Source of the DNA: a virus
DNA: 59,297 nucleotides
Strand: one strand, 5' to 3'
IMG/VR virus record: IMGVR_UViG_3300045988_117970
The translations under genes were made by a program, and so were the position numbers. Within the stretch, counting starts at the first letter, position 1. Each line of letters starts with the position of its first letter. Shown one piece after another: positions 45,530 through 54,706 of the stretch. Under the pieces are notes generated by a model that made no database searches, was not told where the DNA came from, and was given only the letters and a program-made list of their open reading frames with translations.

Positions 45530-45974
45530 CTTCTCTCATAGATTTGACCTTTTCCGCCCATGCTTTCAGTGCATCATTCTCAGTTCCTCCTGCCTGTTCC
45601 CGGTCTTTCTGTTTCTGATATTCAAATTCACGCTTGCGCTGCTTCAGCTCTTCCATCTTGTACAGAGTTTCTGGATTCTCACCCATCGTATCCCGAATGA
45701 ACTCTGCTGCCCGGACGTTTCCCTTTGTGGCCTGCACGAACATGGAAACAAGGACTGCCATCTGGTTATTCACGTCTTCATCTTCCAGCCCATAGCCTTT
45801 CACCTGCTCCTGCAATTTGGGACTTTTTATATCCAACCCCATGAGCAGCTGAGCTGCCTTTTTCATGTCTCTCTTGCGCCTGCGTGACTCCCCAGATTTG
45901 ATTCCGCCCCTCCTCCCCTTCTCTCTTGCTTCTTCCTCGGTTCGGACAGGCTTTAGATTGCCCTCATTTTCCAC
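45513..45974 (-). CDS. terS: Terminase small subunit
   Basis: 153 aa, basic N-terminus (KGRRGGIKSGESRRRKR), upstream of terL. Confidence 0.6.
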   Translation of the reverse strand: MENEGNLKPVRTEEEAREKGRRGGIKSGESRRRKRDMKKAAQLLMGLDIKSPKLQEQVKGYGLEDEDVNNQMAVLVSMFVQATKGNVRAAEFIRDTMGENPETLYKMEELKQRKREFEYQKQKDREQAGGTENDALKAWAEKVKSMREGGDSG

Positions 45975-46039
45975 ATCCTCACCTCACTTTCCTACCTTTG
46001 TTTTCGGTCTGTATTTTGCTTTATGTATCCCCTCGGATA

Positions 46040-46048
46040 TGTTAGAAT
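46040..46048 (+). promoter_or_regulatory. Extended -10 element TGTTAGAAT for the orphan plus-strand gene
   Basis: Same 9-mer as at 14491-14499. No good -35 element. Confidence 0.4.
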
Positions 46049-46073
46049 ATACAGTGAAAGGAGGCCATGTATC

Positions 46074-46484
46074 ATGCGTATTAAAAACATGACGGTCACA
46101 TCGACATTCAAATATCTGTGGTTGAAAACTGTAACGGATGTCGATCTATCACAGCATTGTGCCAAATGTCTTATCGGTGAATATGATACTCGAATCAACA
46201 ACCGTATCACCGAAGCTGCAGACATCCCCCTCTCGAACAGTGTCTACTACCTGTGTGGCGTAGCCTATCCGTATAACTGGTCGAAAAACTTTCATCTCGC
46301 ATTTCGACCATGTGAAGGAAATGTACTCACTTACAAAAGCAATGGCATATCCATCACAATAGAGGATGCCATTGAGTTACCTATCGACCCTCGTTTTAAT
46401 CATCACCCGAAGATGATTTATAAATCTTACAGCACTTGCCGGAACTGGCAGTTTGCTAACTGGTTCAATGATAACTTAAAATAG
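46074..46484 (+). CDS. Orphan plus-strand hypothetical protein (moron-like)
   Basis: AAGGAGG RBS 9 nt before the ATG; 136 aa. Antisense island between terS and the ParB-like genes. Confidence 0.55.
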   Translation: MRIKNMTVTSTFKYLWLKTVTDVDLSQHCAKCLIGEYDTRINNRITEAADIPLSNSVYYLCGVAYPYNWSKNFHLAFRPCEGNVLTYKSNGISITIEDAIELPIDPRFNHHPKMIYKSYSTCRNWQFANWFNDNLK

Positions 46485-47829
46485 TCTCAACCAAGCGCTC
46501 ATGTTGATTGTGTCTGTATCCTCCGGGATATTCCAGATTGAATTCAATATTGAGCGCTTTCTCGTATCTTTCTTTTCCGAGGTCTTTTGGCTTTCTGCAT
46601 ACCGCCCAGATCTGTGTTGCTCCCTTATCAACGACCTGCACATCTTCAAAATATCTTTTCAGTGTGCGTGTCAGGGATTCCTTATCATGGAATTTCTGCA
46701 TAGTCCATGTTCCCTTACGGAATGTGGCACTGAAATTATCCTTATCCAGAAATTCAATATATCTTACAGAATCTGTGCTTGTGTTCAGATTGCCTCTGTC
46801 CTGTACGACCTGCAGGTTTCGTGTACCGGTGAAGAATGTTCCGTCTTCTGACATTAGGGCATTGCAGCATGTCAGCACCCAGTCTTCATACTCATTGCTC
46901 GTAATGGAATTGATTACCGAATCCAGCACAACCACATTGTAAAGCCCCTTCTCCTTTATATCCCGGTTAAGAGCTTTTATCATGCGGACGACTTCGCTTA
47001 CATTCAGCTTTTCAGTTCCTTCCGTTTTGTAGAACGGCTCGTACCAGTGTGTGTCGTAGCCCTTCTGCCGCAGGTTCTTGCTGTAGAAACATTTACCTGC
47101 GCCAAAATCCACAAGCCTGTCCTGTTTGGTTAAGCTCGGGATCACATAATTCTCATACAGTGTGCTTTTGATACTGGAACCGTTGCGGCTCATTTGACAA
47201 TGTGTCTGCACATAGGGCTTGATTCCCAGCGTTTCATAATTGTACTCGCCGTAATCAATTCCCAAATACATGAGAAATTCCCTCACATGCTCATTGTGCA
47301 TTTTATAAACCACACAATCATTTCCCAGCAACTTGCAGCAATACGCATAATCTGCATTGTGGATCACATTGCCATCCTCGTCCACGATAATGTTTCCGTA
47401 ATCTCCATATTTTGAGATCAGACGGCTGATTTCCTTTATGATTGATCCTTTGCCCTTATGTACCGCTTCCAGATGAGTGTTCTCAATCAGCGTGAATCCG
47501 AACGGAAGATCCGCAGCATTATCAATCCGCATTTTTGCCGTTTCTGTTTCCACGCTGTTGTGCATAAGGTTGAATTTGATTTCATCCTGCAAAGACACAT
47601 TCTTTTCCAGAATGAAGATCGGGCAGTGATTTATGCCTACTGCTTTCATAGCCTTTGTCCTCTGGTGCCCTGCAACGATTGTACCGTCAAGGTTTGCGAT
47701 AACAGCTTTGCACACGCCAAACTTTAAAAGGCTTTCTTGCAGCTTTTCAAAAGCATTCTCTTTGATTTTTCTAGGGTTGTAATCTGCCGGTGTGATCTGG
47801 TCTATCGGATAGTTCTCAATAAACCGCAT
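46465..47829 (-). CDS. ParB/Srx N-terminal domain fused to a Rossmann SAM-methyltransferase-like domain
   Basis: N-terminal ITPADYNPRKI...IVAGHQRTKA; C-terminal RLVDFGAGKCF and VVVLDSVINSI. No (D/N/S)PP(Y/F) motif seen. Confidence 0.6.
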   Translation of the reverse strand: MRFIENYPIDQITPADYNPRKIKENAFEKLQESLLKFGVCKAVIANLDGTIVAGHQRTKAMKAVGINHCPIFILEKNVSLQDEIKFNLMHNSVETETAKMRIDNAADLPFGFTLIENTHLEAVHKGKGSIIKEISRLISKYGDYGNIIVDEDGNVIHNADYAYCCKLLGNDCVVYKMHNEHVREFLMYLGIDYGEYNYETLGIKPYVQTHCQMSRNGSSIKSTLYENYVIPSLTKQDRLVDFGAGKCFYSKNLRQKGYDTHWYEPFYKTEGTEKLNVSEVVRMIKALNRDIKEKGLYNVVVLDSVINSITSNEYEDWVLTCCNALMSEDGTFFTGTRNLQVVQDRGNLNTSTDSVRYIEFLDKDNFSATFRKGTWTMQKFHDKESLTRTLKRYFEDVQVVDKGATQIWAVCRKPKDLGKERYEKALNIEFNLEYPGGYRHNQHERLVETILSYH

Positions 47830-48407
47830 TACTCGCCCAGAATATGCCGGATAAATCCATAAGCGGTACCGGCTTCCTCGGTGTATTCAGCCAGCCGCTT
47901 TTCCAGCAGCTCCACTTCATAATCGCTCATGGGTACATTATGACCGGCAAACTTCATGTACTCCTGTGTCTCAAGGCTCTCGCTGTCGTCCTTGCTGTCT
48001 TTTGGAATATCCAGCTCCACATCATCGTCCTCAAATCCATAGTCGGACATATCCAGATCTTCCACAGCGTCCAGTTCCAATTCCAGCAAGCCTGCGTCCC
48101 ATTCGGAAAACTCATTGGTCTTGTTGTCTGCAAGTCTGTACGCCCTGGCCTGCTCTTCTGAGAGATGCGCTGCAACATATACAGGCACTTCCTCTAATCC
48201 CAGTTCCAACGCCGCCAGATACCGGGTATGCCCCACGATGATCACATTGTTTTTGTCAACAACGATAGGCTGGTTGAATCCGAACTCCATAATGCTGTTC
48301 TTTACCGGCTCAATCGCACGATCATTCTTTCGCGGGTTGTTCGCATACGGCGTAATGTCAGTCAGCTTCATCAGCTCGGATTTTTCCATCATTACAGTAT
48401 TGTCCAT
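47829..48407 (-). CDS. ParB N-terminal-domain protein
   Basis: ITPYANNPRKNDRAIEPVKNSIMEFGFNQPIVVDKNNVIIVGHTRYLAA. Confidence 0.75.
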   Translation of the reverse strand: MDNTVMMEKSELMKLTDITPYANNPRKNDRAIEPVKNSIMEFGFNQPIVVDKNNVIIVGHTRYLAALELGLEEVPVYVAAHLSEEQARAYRLADNKTNEFSEWDAGLLELELDAVEDLDMSDYGFEDDDVELDIPKDSKDDSESLETQEYMKFAGHNVPMSDYEVELLEKRLAEYTEEAGTAYGFIRHILGE

Positions 48408-48438
48408 TCATTTTCTCCTTTCCCTTATTTTTGGGTAT

Positions 48439-48461
48439 AAAAAAACCGCCTTTTCGGCGGT
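48439..48461 (-). terminator. Intrinsic terminator 30 nt upstream of the ParB-like gene's RBS
   Basis: Minus strand ACCGCC-GAAAA-GGCGGT followed by T7. Confidence 0.75.
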
Positions 48462-48721
48462 CTGCATTTTTCCTCAGGGCATTGGTGACTGGCGGTAAGT
48501 CCAGCCACCTGCTTTTTCTGGTGTCCTTGCGATTGGAGGATACAAGAACAGAAATACTTGCCCCTGCTATGGTCGAAACCATGGGAACTCGCACTACCAT
48601 ATTACCGCAGTACGTTTCTAAGGTAAACCTAAACATTTTGAAATGCTCCCACAAGCCCTCACAGCCATAGGGAGCGTCCGAATTGTAATGCGTGGTAAAA
48701 TGTCCATAAAGCCTGTAAAAC
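48462..48721 (-). ncRNA. Candidate structured leader RNA or small RNA
   Basis: About 260 nt with no credible ORF. ATGGT-UUCG-ACCAT hairpin (48569-48582) and a 9-bp stem (48484-48509). Ends at the terminator. Confidence 0.4.
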
Positions 48722-49279
48722 TCAGGCTCCAAGCAAATACACAGAGATGGCGGCACATGCAATTCTGAAATCATTGTACACAGTCTTGTCGCTGACATTT
48801 TCTAATTCAGAAATCTGCTGCACGGTCTTTGGTTCATCAGCAATGTACATGGCATGTACCTCTCTGTACCGACGAACATCTTCCTCGTAAGGCGAACTTT
48901 CGCACTCCTGTTTATACAGCTTCATGGCGCGATCAATAATCTGCACATAGAACAAATTCTGTTTCCGCTTTGTCTCATATTTCTCAATGTCCTTTTCGGT
49001 CCGGTCGCAATTACTCACAGCCGTTCCCATAAGATCTTCGATGAACCGCCAGCGGAACTCTCTCTTTTCTGCCTCTGTCAGCTCCTCTGTGTCCGCAATA
49101 TCCGTTTTCATCCTGCGGTATGCGGTCAGCAGCTTCTTTGTCTTTGCCGGTTTGCTTTCAGTACGTTCCCGCTTTTTTCGCTCCGAATCTTCCTTTTTTC
49201 TGTACGCCTCAATCGCTTTCTCCGCAGCTACGCTTGCGATCATTGCAACATCCTCGTCAGTCAATCCTTTCTTTCCCAC
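48722..49279 (-). CDS. Putative late-gene transcription regulator (sigma-70 region-4-like HTH)
   Basis: C-terminal TVQQISELENVSDKTVYNDFRIACAAISVYL. GTG start with a GGAGGG RBS. Confidence 0.45.
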   Translation of the reverse strand: MGKKGLTDEDVAMIASVAAEKAIEAYRKKEDSERKKRERTESKPAKTKKLLTAYRRMKTDIADTEELTEAEKREFRWRFIEDLMGTAVSNCDRTEKDIEKYETKRKQNLFYVQIIDRAMKLYKQECESSPYEEDVRRYREVHAMYIADEPKTVQQISELENVSDKTVYNDFRIACAAISVYLLGA

Positions 49280-49292
49280 GCATTTGCCCTCC

Positions 49293-49712
49293 TTATTGTC
49301 CGATTTCTTCCAGTGTGATTTCTACTCTTGGCATTTCACCATATATCTTATCAACGACCAGCATTGAAATTCCCGAATCATCATCATAAGCAATTTTATT
49401 CAGTGAATCCAGAATAGCTTTTGCCAGATTATCGCAGTCTATTTTCTTTGTATGTAGAATCTCGCCTGCCAGCATTTTCACCCTTTTATATTTCGGTGTG
49501 CTTTTCGGTATAGGGAATACGCCAGTTATGGTAGCTCTGATCGGTGCCTGCAATTTTATTCTTCCTACCTGATTGATATAGCAGCACTTTACCCAATCCT
49601 CATAATTTTTTGTCTGCCTCGGTGTGTATGCTACGGATCCATGGTCTGTCTGTACAACTCTTGGCCTCTGCTTTGCCTTTGGCTCTCCATCCACAATAAA
49701 TGCTACTTTCAT
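49293..49712 (-). CDS. rusA: RusA-like Holliday junction resolvase
   Basis: GEPKAKQRPR...DCDNLAKAILDSLNKIAYDDDS. Confidence 0.8.
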   Translation of the reverse strand: MKVAFIVDGEPKAKQRPRVVQTDHGSVAYTPRQTKNYEDWVKCCYINQVGRIKLQAPIRATITGVFPIPKSTPKYKRVKMLAGEILHTKKIDCDNLAKAILDSLNKIAYDDDSGISMLVVDKIYGEMPRVEITLEEIGQ

Positions 49713-49993
49713 GTTTTCACCCTTTCATACTGTGTTCTGAATATGTTCTTCTTAACCGGAAAAATGCTGCCATTCGCAGCACGCACAATATAATCACCAT
49801 TTTTCGCTCTTTGTTTTCCATAAGCCGTCGTGATCGTGCATCCGTAAACTTTGGTCGCTCCGTCTGTGATTACCCGGTTAATGAAAATCTGTTCTTTTTC
49901 CAGTTCTTTCATAAACCAGCTCGGGGCTGATACTTCTGCATCTGCCCCAAACTGAAATACATCCACCGTTTCCGGCTTTCTTATATACCGCAT
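49709..49993 (-). CDS. Hypothetical protein
   Basis: 94-aa ORF with an AGGAGA RBS. Confidence 0.55.
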   Translation of the reverse strand: MRYIRKPETVDVFQFGADAEVSAPSWFMKELEKEQIFINRVITDGATKVYGCTITTAYGKQRAKNGDYIVRAANGSIFPVKKNIFRTQYERVKT

Positions 49994-50001
49994 ATCGTCT
50001 C

Positions 50002-50412
50002 CTACTTATCATTTCTGGACGTATCGGCGTTATCTTCCAGCAATGTTGCGTGTACATAATAGCTCAGTGTCTTGCTGTCTGGACTCGGGTAACGTTTGTT
50101 CTGCCCCACCTCATATCCGTTCTTTGCAAGAATCTGAATCATTGTCAATCTGTCCTGCTGATGGAATATTTTCAACTCCGCATCCCACTTCTTTTCTGGC
50201 TTTTCCTGTTTACCAGTAATCAGTTCCTCTGGGGCACATTTCAGGCAAGCTGCAATTTTGAACAATACGCTCAGTGGCATATCCACTGATCCATTCTCAT
50301 AAGCACCAATCTGGCTCTCGCTTCTGCCAATCGCCTGCGCAACTTCTTTCTGTGAAAGACCGCTTTCCGTCCGAAGCTTCTTGATGTTTTCTCCTACTTT
50401 GTTCGTTCCCAT
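50002..50412 (-). CDS. XRE-family HTH protein
   Basis: IKKLRTESGLSQKEVAQAIGRSESQIGAYENG. Confidence 0.7.
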   Translation of the reverse strand: MGTNKVGENIKKLRTESGLSQKEVAQAIGRSESQIGAYENGSVDMPLSVLFKIAACLKCAPEELITGKQEKPEKKWDAELKIFHQQDRLTMIQILAKNGYEVGQNKRYPSPDSKTLSYYVHATLLEDNADTSRNDK

Positions 50413-50424
50413 GCTTTTCCTCCT

Positions 50425-51261
50425 TTAAGCAAATAACATTTTCATCTGTGCCTGTCGCCTTGCCGCTTCCTCCAAACGGAAGGACGTTCCAAGCATTTCC
50501 ACCGGATAGCACTTTTCAAAAATCCGGTCGTATATTCTGCGTAAGCTCAGATCCGCACACCCAACCATATCCTGCACCTTTAAATTGGTTGTCAGAATCA
50601 TTGGTTTCCCGGAGCGTACCCGCCGATCAATTACGCTATATACCTTTTCTACTGCATACGCTGAATCACGCTCTGCGCCCAGATCATCAATAATCAACAG
50701 GGTAGCTGCATTCAGTGCGTCCATATATTCAGCTTCTTTGCTTCCCCTGCCCTGAATATCCTTCAGGATCTCTACAAAGGATGTCATTATTACCGGCACG
50801 CTCTGTTCCATGAGTGCATTTGCAATACACGCCGCTGTATAGGACTTCCCGGTTCCCAGCGGGCCATACAGCAAAAGGCCCTGTGCTTCCTGTTTCATAG
50901 TCCCAAAGCGTTCCACATACCGTTTTGCAATATTGAACGCCTTCTCATTTTCCTTGCGGACTCTGTACTCAGAAAAGCTCGCTTCCATGCAATCCCTGGG
51001 CATACAGCTTGCCATTTTCAACCGCTGCACATACCGCATTCGTTCCTCGTAATCATCCTTTTCCTTTCTTTCCTGTAACCGGTCAGCGTCACACTGGCAT
51101 ATACACCATACTATCCGCTTGAACGATCCCAGCTCTATCCGGTGCTGCTTCGGCCTGTGGCAAACGCCACAGTACCAAAGTCCATCTTTCTGATAATCTC
51201 CATCTTTTATGTTTTCTGCATTTTTACTCTGTTCAATCGGAAGATAACCTGTTACGTCCAT
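50425..51261 (-). CDS. DnaC/IstB-like AAA+ helicase loader
   Basis: Walker A GPLGTGKSY, Walker B LLIIDDLG. The start at 51261 has a GGAGG RBS. Confidence 0.8.
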   Translation of the reverse strand: MDVTGYLPIEQSKNAENIKDGDYQKDGLWYCGVCHRPKQHRIELGSFKRIVWCICQCDADRLQERKEKDDYEERMRYVQRLKMASCMPRDCMEASFSEYRVRKENEKAFNIAKRYVERFGTMKQEAQGLLLYGPLGTGKSYTAACIANALMEQSVPVIMTSFVEILKDIQGRGSKEAEYMDALNAATLLIIDDLGAERDSAYAVEKVYSVIDRRVRSGKPMILTTNLKVQDMVGCADLSLRRIYDRIFEKCYPVEMLGTSFRLEEAARRQAQMKMLFA

Positions 51262-51262
51262 G

Positions 51263-51949
51263 CTATACCTCCACCAGTTTTGAGAAGTCCACTTCTCCAT
51301 AGCCATCGTTTTCGGGTTCCTGCTTAATGTCGCTCTTTAAAAAATCTGCAAACGGTGCCTTGTCGGATAAAAATGTCTTTGCCTGCTTTGTGAACTGTTT
51401 CTCTGTTTTCAACCGTTTGCACTGATCTGCATAAGCTGTTGCCGCTTGCAGCAATTCCTCCGGGCTGTAGCCGTCCTTGATTCTTGCTGCATACTTCGCA
51501 TAGGCAACACCTTTTTCATCTTTCCGTGGATATACAGCCCAAAACTCTTCAAAATTCTTAGGATATGAATTCACTTTCTTCGCAGGCTTCTCGTTCTGTT
51601 TCTCTTCTGTCCCCTGTTCCAAAACCGTCCGGTTTTCTGGGTTTTCTTCCGCAACCGTTCGGTTTGGCTGTTCCTCTGCATTCTTTCGTGGTCTGCCGCC
51701 TTTCATGCCGTTTGCCCGGTTCTTTTTGCATATTTCCTCATATTTACTAGAATCCCTGTCCAGTTGATTCTTAATAAAGGAAAATGCCATAGCTGCAACC
51801 CCTGAAAGTTCCTGTACTTCCAAGTCGTTCTCATATTCCAAGATCGCCTTGAACAGTTTCCCTGCGTCCTCGTCAGACATCAGTTTCACATGGTCTATGT
51901 AATCATTGTATAAGTAAAATGCCTTTTTATCGTCTGACGTTCTTACCAT
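51263..51949 (-). CDS. Replication initiation / DnaD-like protein
   Basis: The start at 51949 has a GGAGG RBS. The N-terminal domain is paralogous to 12884-13312. Confidence 0.55.
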   Translation of the reverse strand: MVRTSDDKKAFYLYNDYIDHVKLMSDEDAGKLFKAILEYENDLEVQELSGVAAMAFSFIKNQLDRDSSKYEEICKKNRANGMKGGRPRKNAEEQPNRTVAEENPENRTVLEQGTEEKQNEKPAKKVNSYPKNFEEFWAVYPRKDEKGVAYAKYAARIKDGYSPEELLQAATAYADQCKRLKTEKQFTKQAKTFLSDKAPFADFLKSDIKQEPENDGYGEVDFSKLVEV

Positions 51950-51965
51950 CTCTGACCTCCGTCCG

Positions 51966-52628
51966 CTATGCTTTGTCTGGATACTTACCCAAAAGCTGCA
52001 TAGCATTATTCCACATTCCAAAGGACATTGCCTCAAAGCTCTTGACTCCGTAGTGTTCCAGAATGCTGCTTTCTTTCAGCCCCTTGCTGGCAATCGTATT
52101 ACGGATCACTGAAATCTTTGTCTTATCAATCGGGGAGTTATTTGCCGCGTCAATTTCCTTCTGCTGCGCTTCCTGTGACGGTTCAATAGGATCTGGCGTA
52201 TCGCCGTCTGGATCATTCATTTCTACCGTAGGTATGCAGAATACTTGGAAGCAAGCATATTTAAACGCCACAGCCATAGCCTTGTTGGTAGCTTTATCTC
52301 CGCTGTCCATGCCCTCGCCGATTGTAACGGCATCCACATAACTTCCATCGTCCGTATAGAACCGGAAGCGTATCTGGCAAATAGAATACAGAAGTACATT
52401 TCCTGAGTTCGTACGCCGTTCTTCTCTTTTCTGCTCAATGATCTGCGGCACTATAAACACATGGTATTCGGACAGCGCCGGATACAGGGCATTCATCACA
52501 TCATCAACGCCGCGGTACATAAATCCCTGATTCTTATTCTTCTGGTTCTTGCCTACCGCATTGATTGCAGCCATCACATTTGATATTGCTGCATAGATTT
52601 TTCCTGCTTTTACCTCTGTATCAGCCAT
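51966..52628 (-). CDS. erf: ERF-family single-strand annealing recombinase
   Basis: FMYRGVDDVMNALYPALSEYHVFIVP pattern. Confidence 0.65.
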   Translation of the reverse strand: MADTEVKAGKIYAAISNVMAAINAVGKNQKNKNQGFMYRGVDDVMNALYPALSEYHVFIVPQIIEQKREERRTNSGNVLLYSICQIRFRFYTDDGSYVDAVTIGEGMDSGDKATNKAMAVAFKYACFQVFCIPTVEMNDPDGDTPDPIEPSQEAQQKEIDAANNSPIDKTKISVIRNTIASKGLKESSILEHYGVKSFEAMSFGMWNNAMQLLGKYPDKA

Positions 52629-53569
52629 CAGATCACCTCATATCTCATAAACAGATCCTGCATTGCCTGCTCAAACTCTTCCATTCGGCTTTCAGGTACC
52701 ATAACTCGCACAACAATTTCCTTTTCTGCTTCAAAAGCTCCTACGCTTGGTTCTCCAAATGGCATTTCTGGCTCTTTTACAGGTTCCTGCTTCGGCGGGA
52801 ATACCGGGGCATCCTGTGCCTGCATTTCCTGCTCTTCCTTTTGCCGCGCCGCAACTTCCGCCTGTGCCTTTTCTCTGGCAGCTTTCTCCTGTTCAAGCCG
52901 TTCCTGTTCCGCCTTGCGTCTGCGCTCATTTTCCAGAACAATTTCTTTCTGCTTCTGAAGTTCCTGTGCCTTCGCCATAGCGTCCTGCAAGCTCAAATCT
53001 TTGATATATGCCTGCATTGCAGCTTCCTTGTAATCCGGATCAACGCCTTCCAAAATCGCAAGATCAGATTTTGTAGCCTGATAAGCACTGGTGATAGCGT
53101 CTTTATATGCTTTCTTCGTAGCTGTCGCATTTTCCCATTTTGGATCATATACTTTGAAGCGCAGCTTCGCAGAAACATTGTCTGGCAGATCTGCAAAGGT
53201 ATCTCGCATAAAAGCCAAAATTTCTTCTTTCTTTTCCTGTTTCCTTTTCTCAGTGTATTCCTCTACCTGTTCAGAAATCTTGGCTATCGGCTTGTCAATC
53301 ATGCCTGTAAGGATTTTGGCCTGTTCTTCAATTACGCCGTATGGTTCCAGACATTTGTTTCTGATCTCTTTTCTCCGGCTCTCAACTTCGCTGCGCAGCT
53401 TTCTCAGTGCCGCCACATCTGCTTTTGCGTCTTTTACGGTATCTTCTGTATATACCATAGCCTCATACTGCTGCATTTGAGCCTGCAAAGCATTTACCAG
53501 CTCTTCAAAATTCCACTGCACAGCACCCGGTTTCTGTGTTACGTTTACCTGTAATTCGTTCATTCCCAT
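52628..53569 (-). CDS. DUF1351-like protein (recombination module)
   Basis: 313 aa, coiled-coil rich, adjacent to erf. Confidence 0.55.
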   Translation of the reverse strand: MGMNELQVNVTQKPGAVQWNFEELVNALQAQMQQYEAMVYTEDTVKDAKADVAALRKLRSEVESRRKEIRNKCLEPYGVIEEQAKILTGMIDKPIAKISEQVEEYTEKRKQEKKEEILAFMRDTFADLPDNVSAKLRFKVYDPKWENATATKKAYKDAITSAYQATKSDLAILEGVDPDYKEAAMQAYIKDLSLQDAMAKAQELQKQKEIVLENERRRKAEQERLEQEKAAREKAQAEVAARQKEEQEMQAQDAPVFPPKQEPVKEPEMPFGEPSVGAFEAEKEIVVRVMVPESRMEEFEQAMQDLFMRYEVI

Positions 53570-53588
53570 ATTCCTCCATATCTTGTAT

Positions 53589-53804
53589 TTATGCTGTTTT
53601 CAGTTCATCACCCAGCAGCTCAACCAGTTCTTTAACTGACATATCTTCCAGACATTCTTCGCAGTAATATCCGTCCGGTCCGTCGTAATAATGGTCACCC
53701 TCATAAATGCCATAGCCACATTCCTTGCAAATATGTATCGGTTTTGGTTCCTCTGCATTCGGGCAACCTGCTGCACAGGGATTTCTTCTACATACACTGC
53801 ACAT
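53589..53804 (-). CDS. Small Zn-ribbon protein
   Basis: Cys motifs CSVC...C...C, CKEC and CEEC. Confidence 0.55.
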   Translation of the reverse strand: MCSVCRRNPCAAGCPNAEEPKPIHICKECGYGIYEGDHYYDGPDGYYCEECLEDMSVKELVELLGDELKTA

Positions 53805-53806
53805 AA

Positions 53807-54055
53807 TTAAGCTCCCATCCTTTCTCTCGAATCTGTTTCTGCCGCCTTGTGGATTTTTAAATTCTTTCTTCTGGCCTGCCGTCTTTTCTTTCTTACAAAA
53901 TCATAAATATCTTCCTGTACAAAAAGTGTGATCGCAAACCATGTAAGTACGCCAAACACAGTGTCAAAATCTCCTGTCATTAAAGTCCATGTTGCCGCTG
54001 TGATTACACTACCAATTAACAGTCTGTAAATAACTTTCTCTGCATTTACCATCAT
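53807..54055 (-). CDS. Small membrane protein
   Basis: Two hydrophobic helices and a basic C-terminus. Confidence 0.5.
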   Translation of the reverse strand: MMVNAEKVIYRLLIGSVITAATWTLMTGDFDTVFGVLTWFAITLFVQEDIYDFVRKKRRQARRKNLKIHKAAETDSRERMGA

Positions 54056-54196
54056 TTTCCGTTACCTCCCCTACCGGTGTAATAAAAATGCCAATGTCCA
54101 GCCCTGTGAAATTCTTTCACGCTGCCTCAAATTCTTCTCTGTTATTTATCCCAAAATCCCTTTTCAGGACTTCCAACATTGCCTCCGCATTCATGC

Positions 54197-54706
54197 TTAC
54201 ACCTTCCCTCCGAGTTCCTTTTCTGTCAGCAACACCACTTCACTGATTGCGTACTGTATATTTTTTAATTGCTGGACAACCTCTCGCAGTCCGTCCCTTT
54301 CATCTGCACTGATCTTTCCGTCTGCCGCAATATCAATCACAGATTCCTTTAGTTCCTGAAGCTTATCAGCATTCTGTTCCTTAATCAGCCGCAGTGCAGT
54401 TCCCTCCAATCTCGGAACCTCTGTGGCTATTGGTCTATTTCTGCCTATCGGGCATTCATGCTTACAATACCCATTTTCCAGCTCGGGGCATTTATACAGC
54501 TCTGCCATCTGCACTACATTTTCTACCGGCACTACTTTCGTGATCCCACGCTCATAGTCCGTCAATGTTGCCGCAGATATTCCAAGCAGCCTTGCAGCCC
54601 CTTCCCTGCTACTTAGGGTATCGTTATACATCGCAGCCTTTTTTCTGGCTTCAAAATATACATTCTTACCGTCTTTCCTATAGCCGTTACCCATGCTGTC
54701 CTCCAT
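54197..54706 (-). CDS. XRE-family HTH regulator
   Basis: SREGAARLLGISAATLTDYERG. Confidence 0.65.
   Translation of the reverse strand: MEDSMGNGYRKDGKNVYFEARKKAAMYNDTLSSREGAARLLGISAATLTDYERGITKVVPVENVVQMAELYKCPELENGYCKHECPIGRNRPIATEVPRLEGTALRLIKEQNADKLQELKESVIDIAADGKISADERDGLREVVQQLKNIQYAISEVVLLTEKELGGKV

Noticed and set aside
48540-48620. Possible tRNA (TTCG-containing hairpin)
   Set aside because: No cloverleaf can be drawn. There is no acceptor stem or anticodon arm in the correct spacing. It is only an isolated 5-bp stem with a UUCG loop.
48358-48798. 146-aa minus-strand ORF covering the 48.4-48.7 kb gap
   Set aside because: It overlaps both flanking genes, runs through a strong intrinsic terminator, and has an implausible composition. 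The region is better explained as non-coding RNA or leader.
52565-53554. 329-aa plus-strand ORF (similarly 40406-41275, 7140-8009, 30153-30869 and 33079-33684)
   Set aside because: These are antisense shadows of well-supported minus-strand genes. They are Leu/Phe/Ser/Cys-rich, lack RBSs, and break the operon structure.
54009-54194. 25-codon ORF (MNAEAMLEVLKRDFGINNREEFEAA) followed by TGA (54117-54119) and 35 more in-frame codons
   Set aside because: The extension would overlap the next gene (start at 54055) by about 45 nt, and the ORF is very short. The evidence is too weak to call a third interrupted gene, though it is worth a look if the other in-frame stops prove real.
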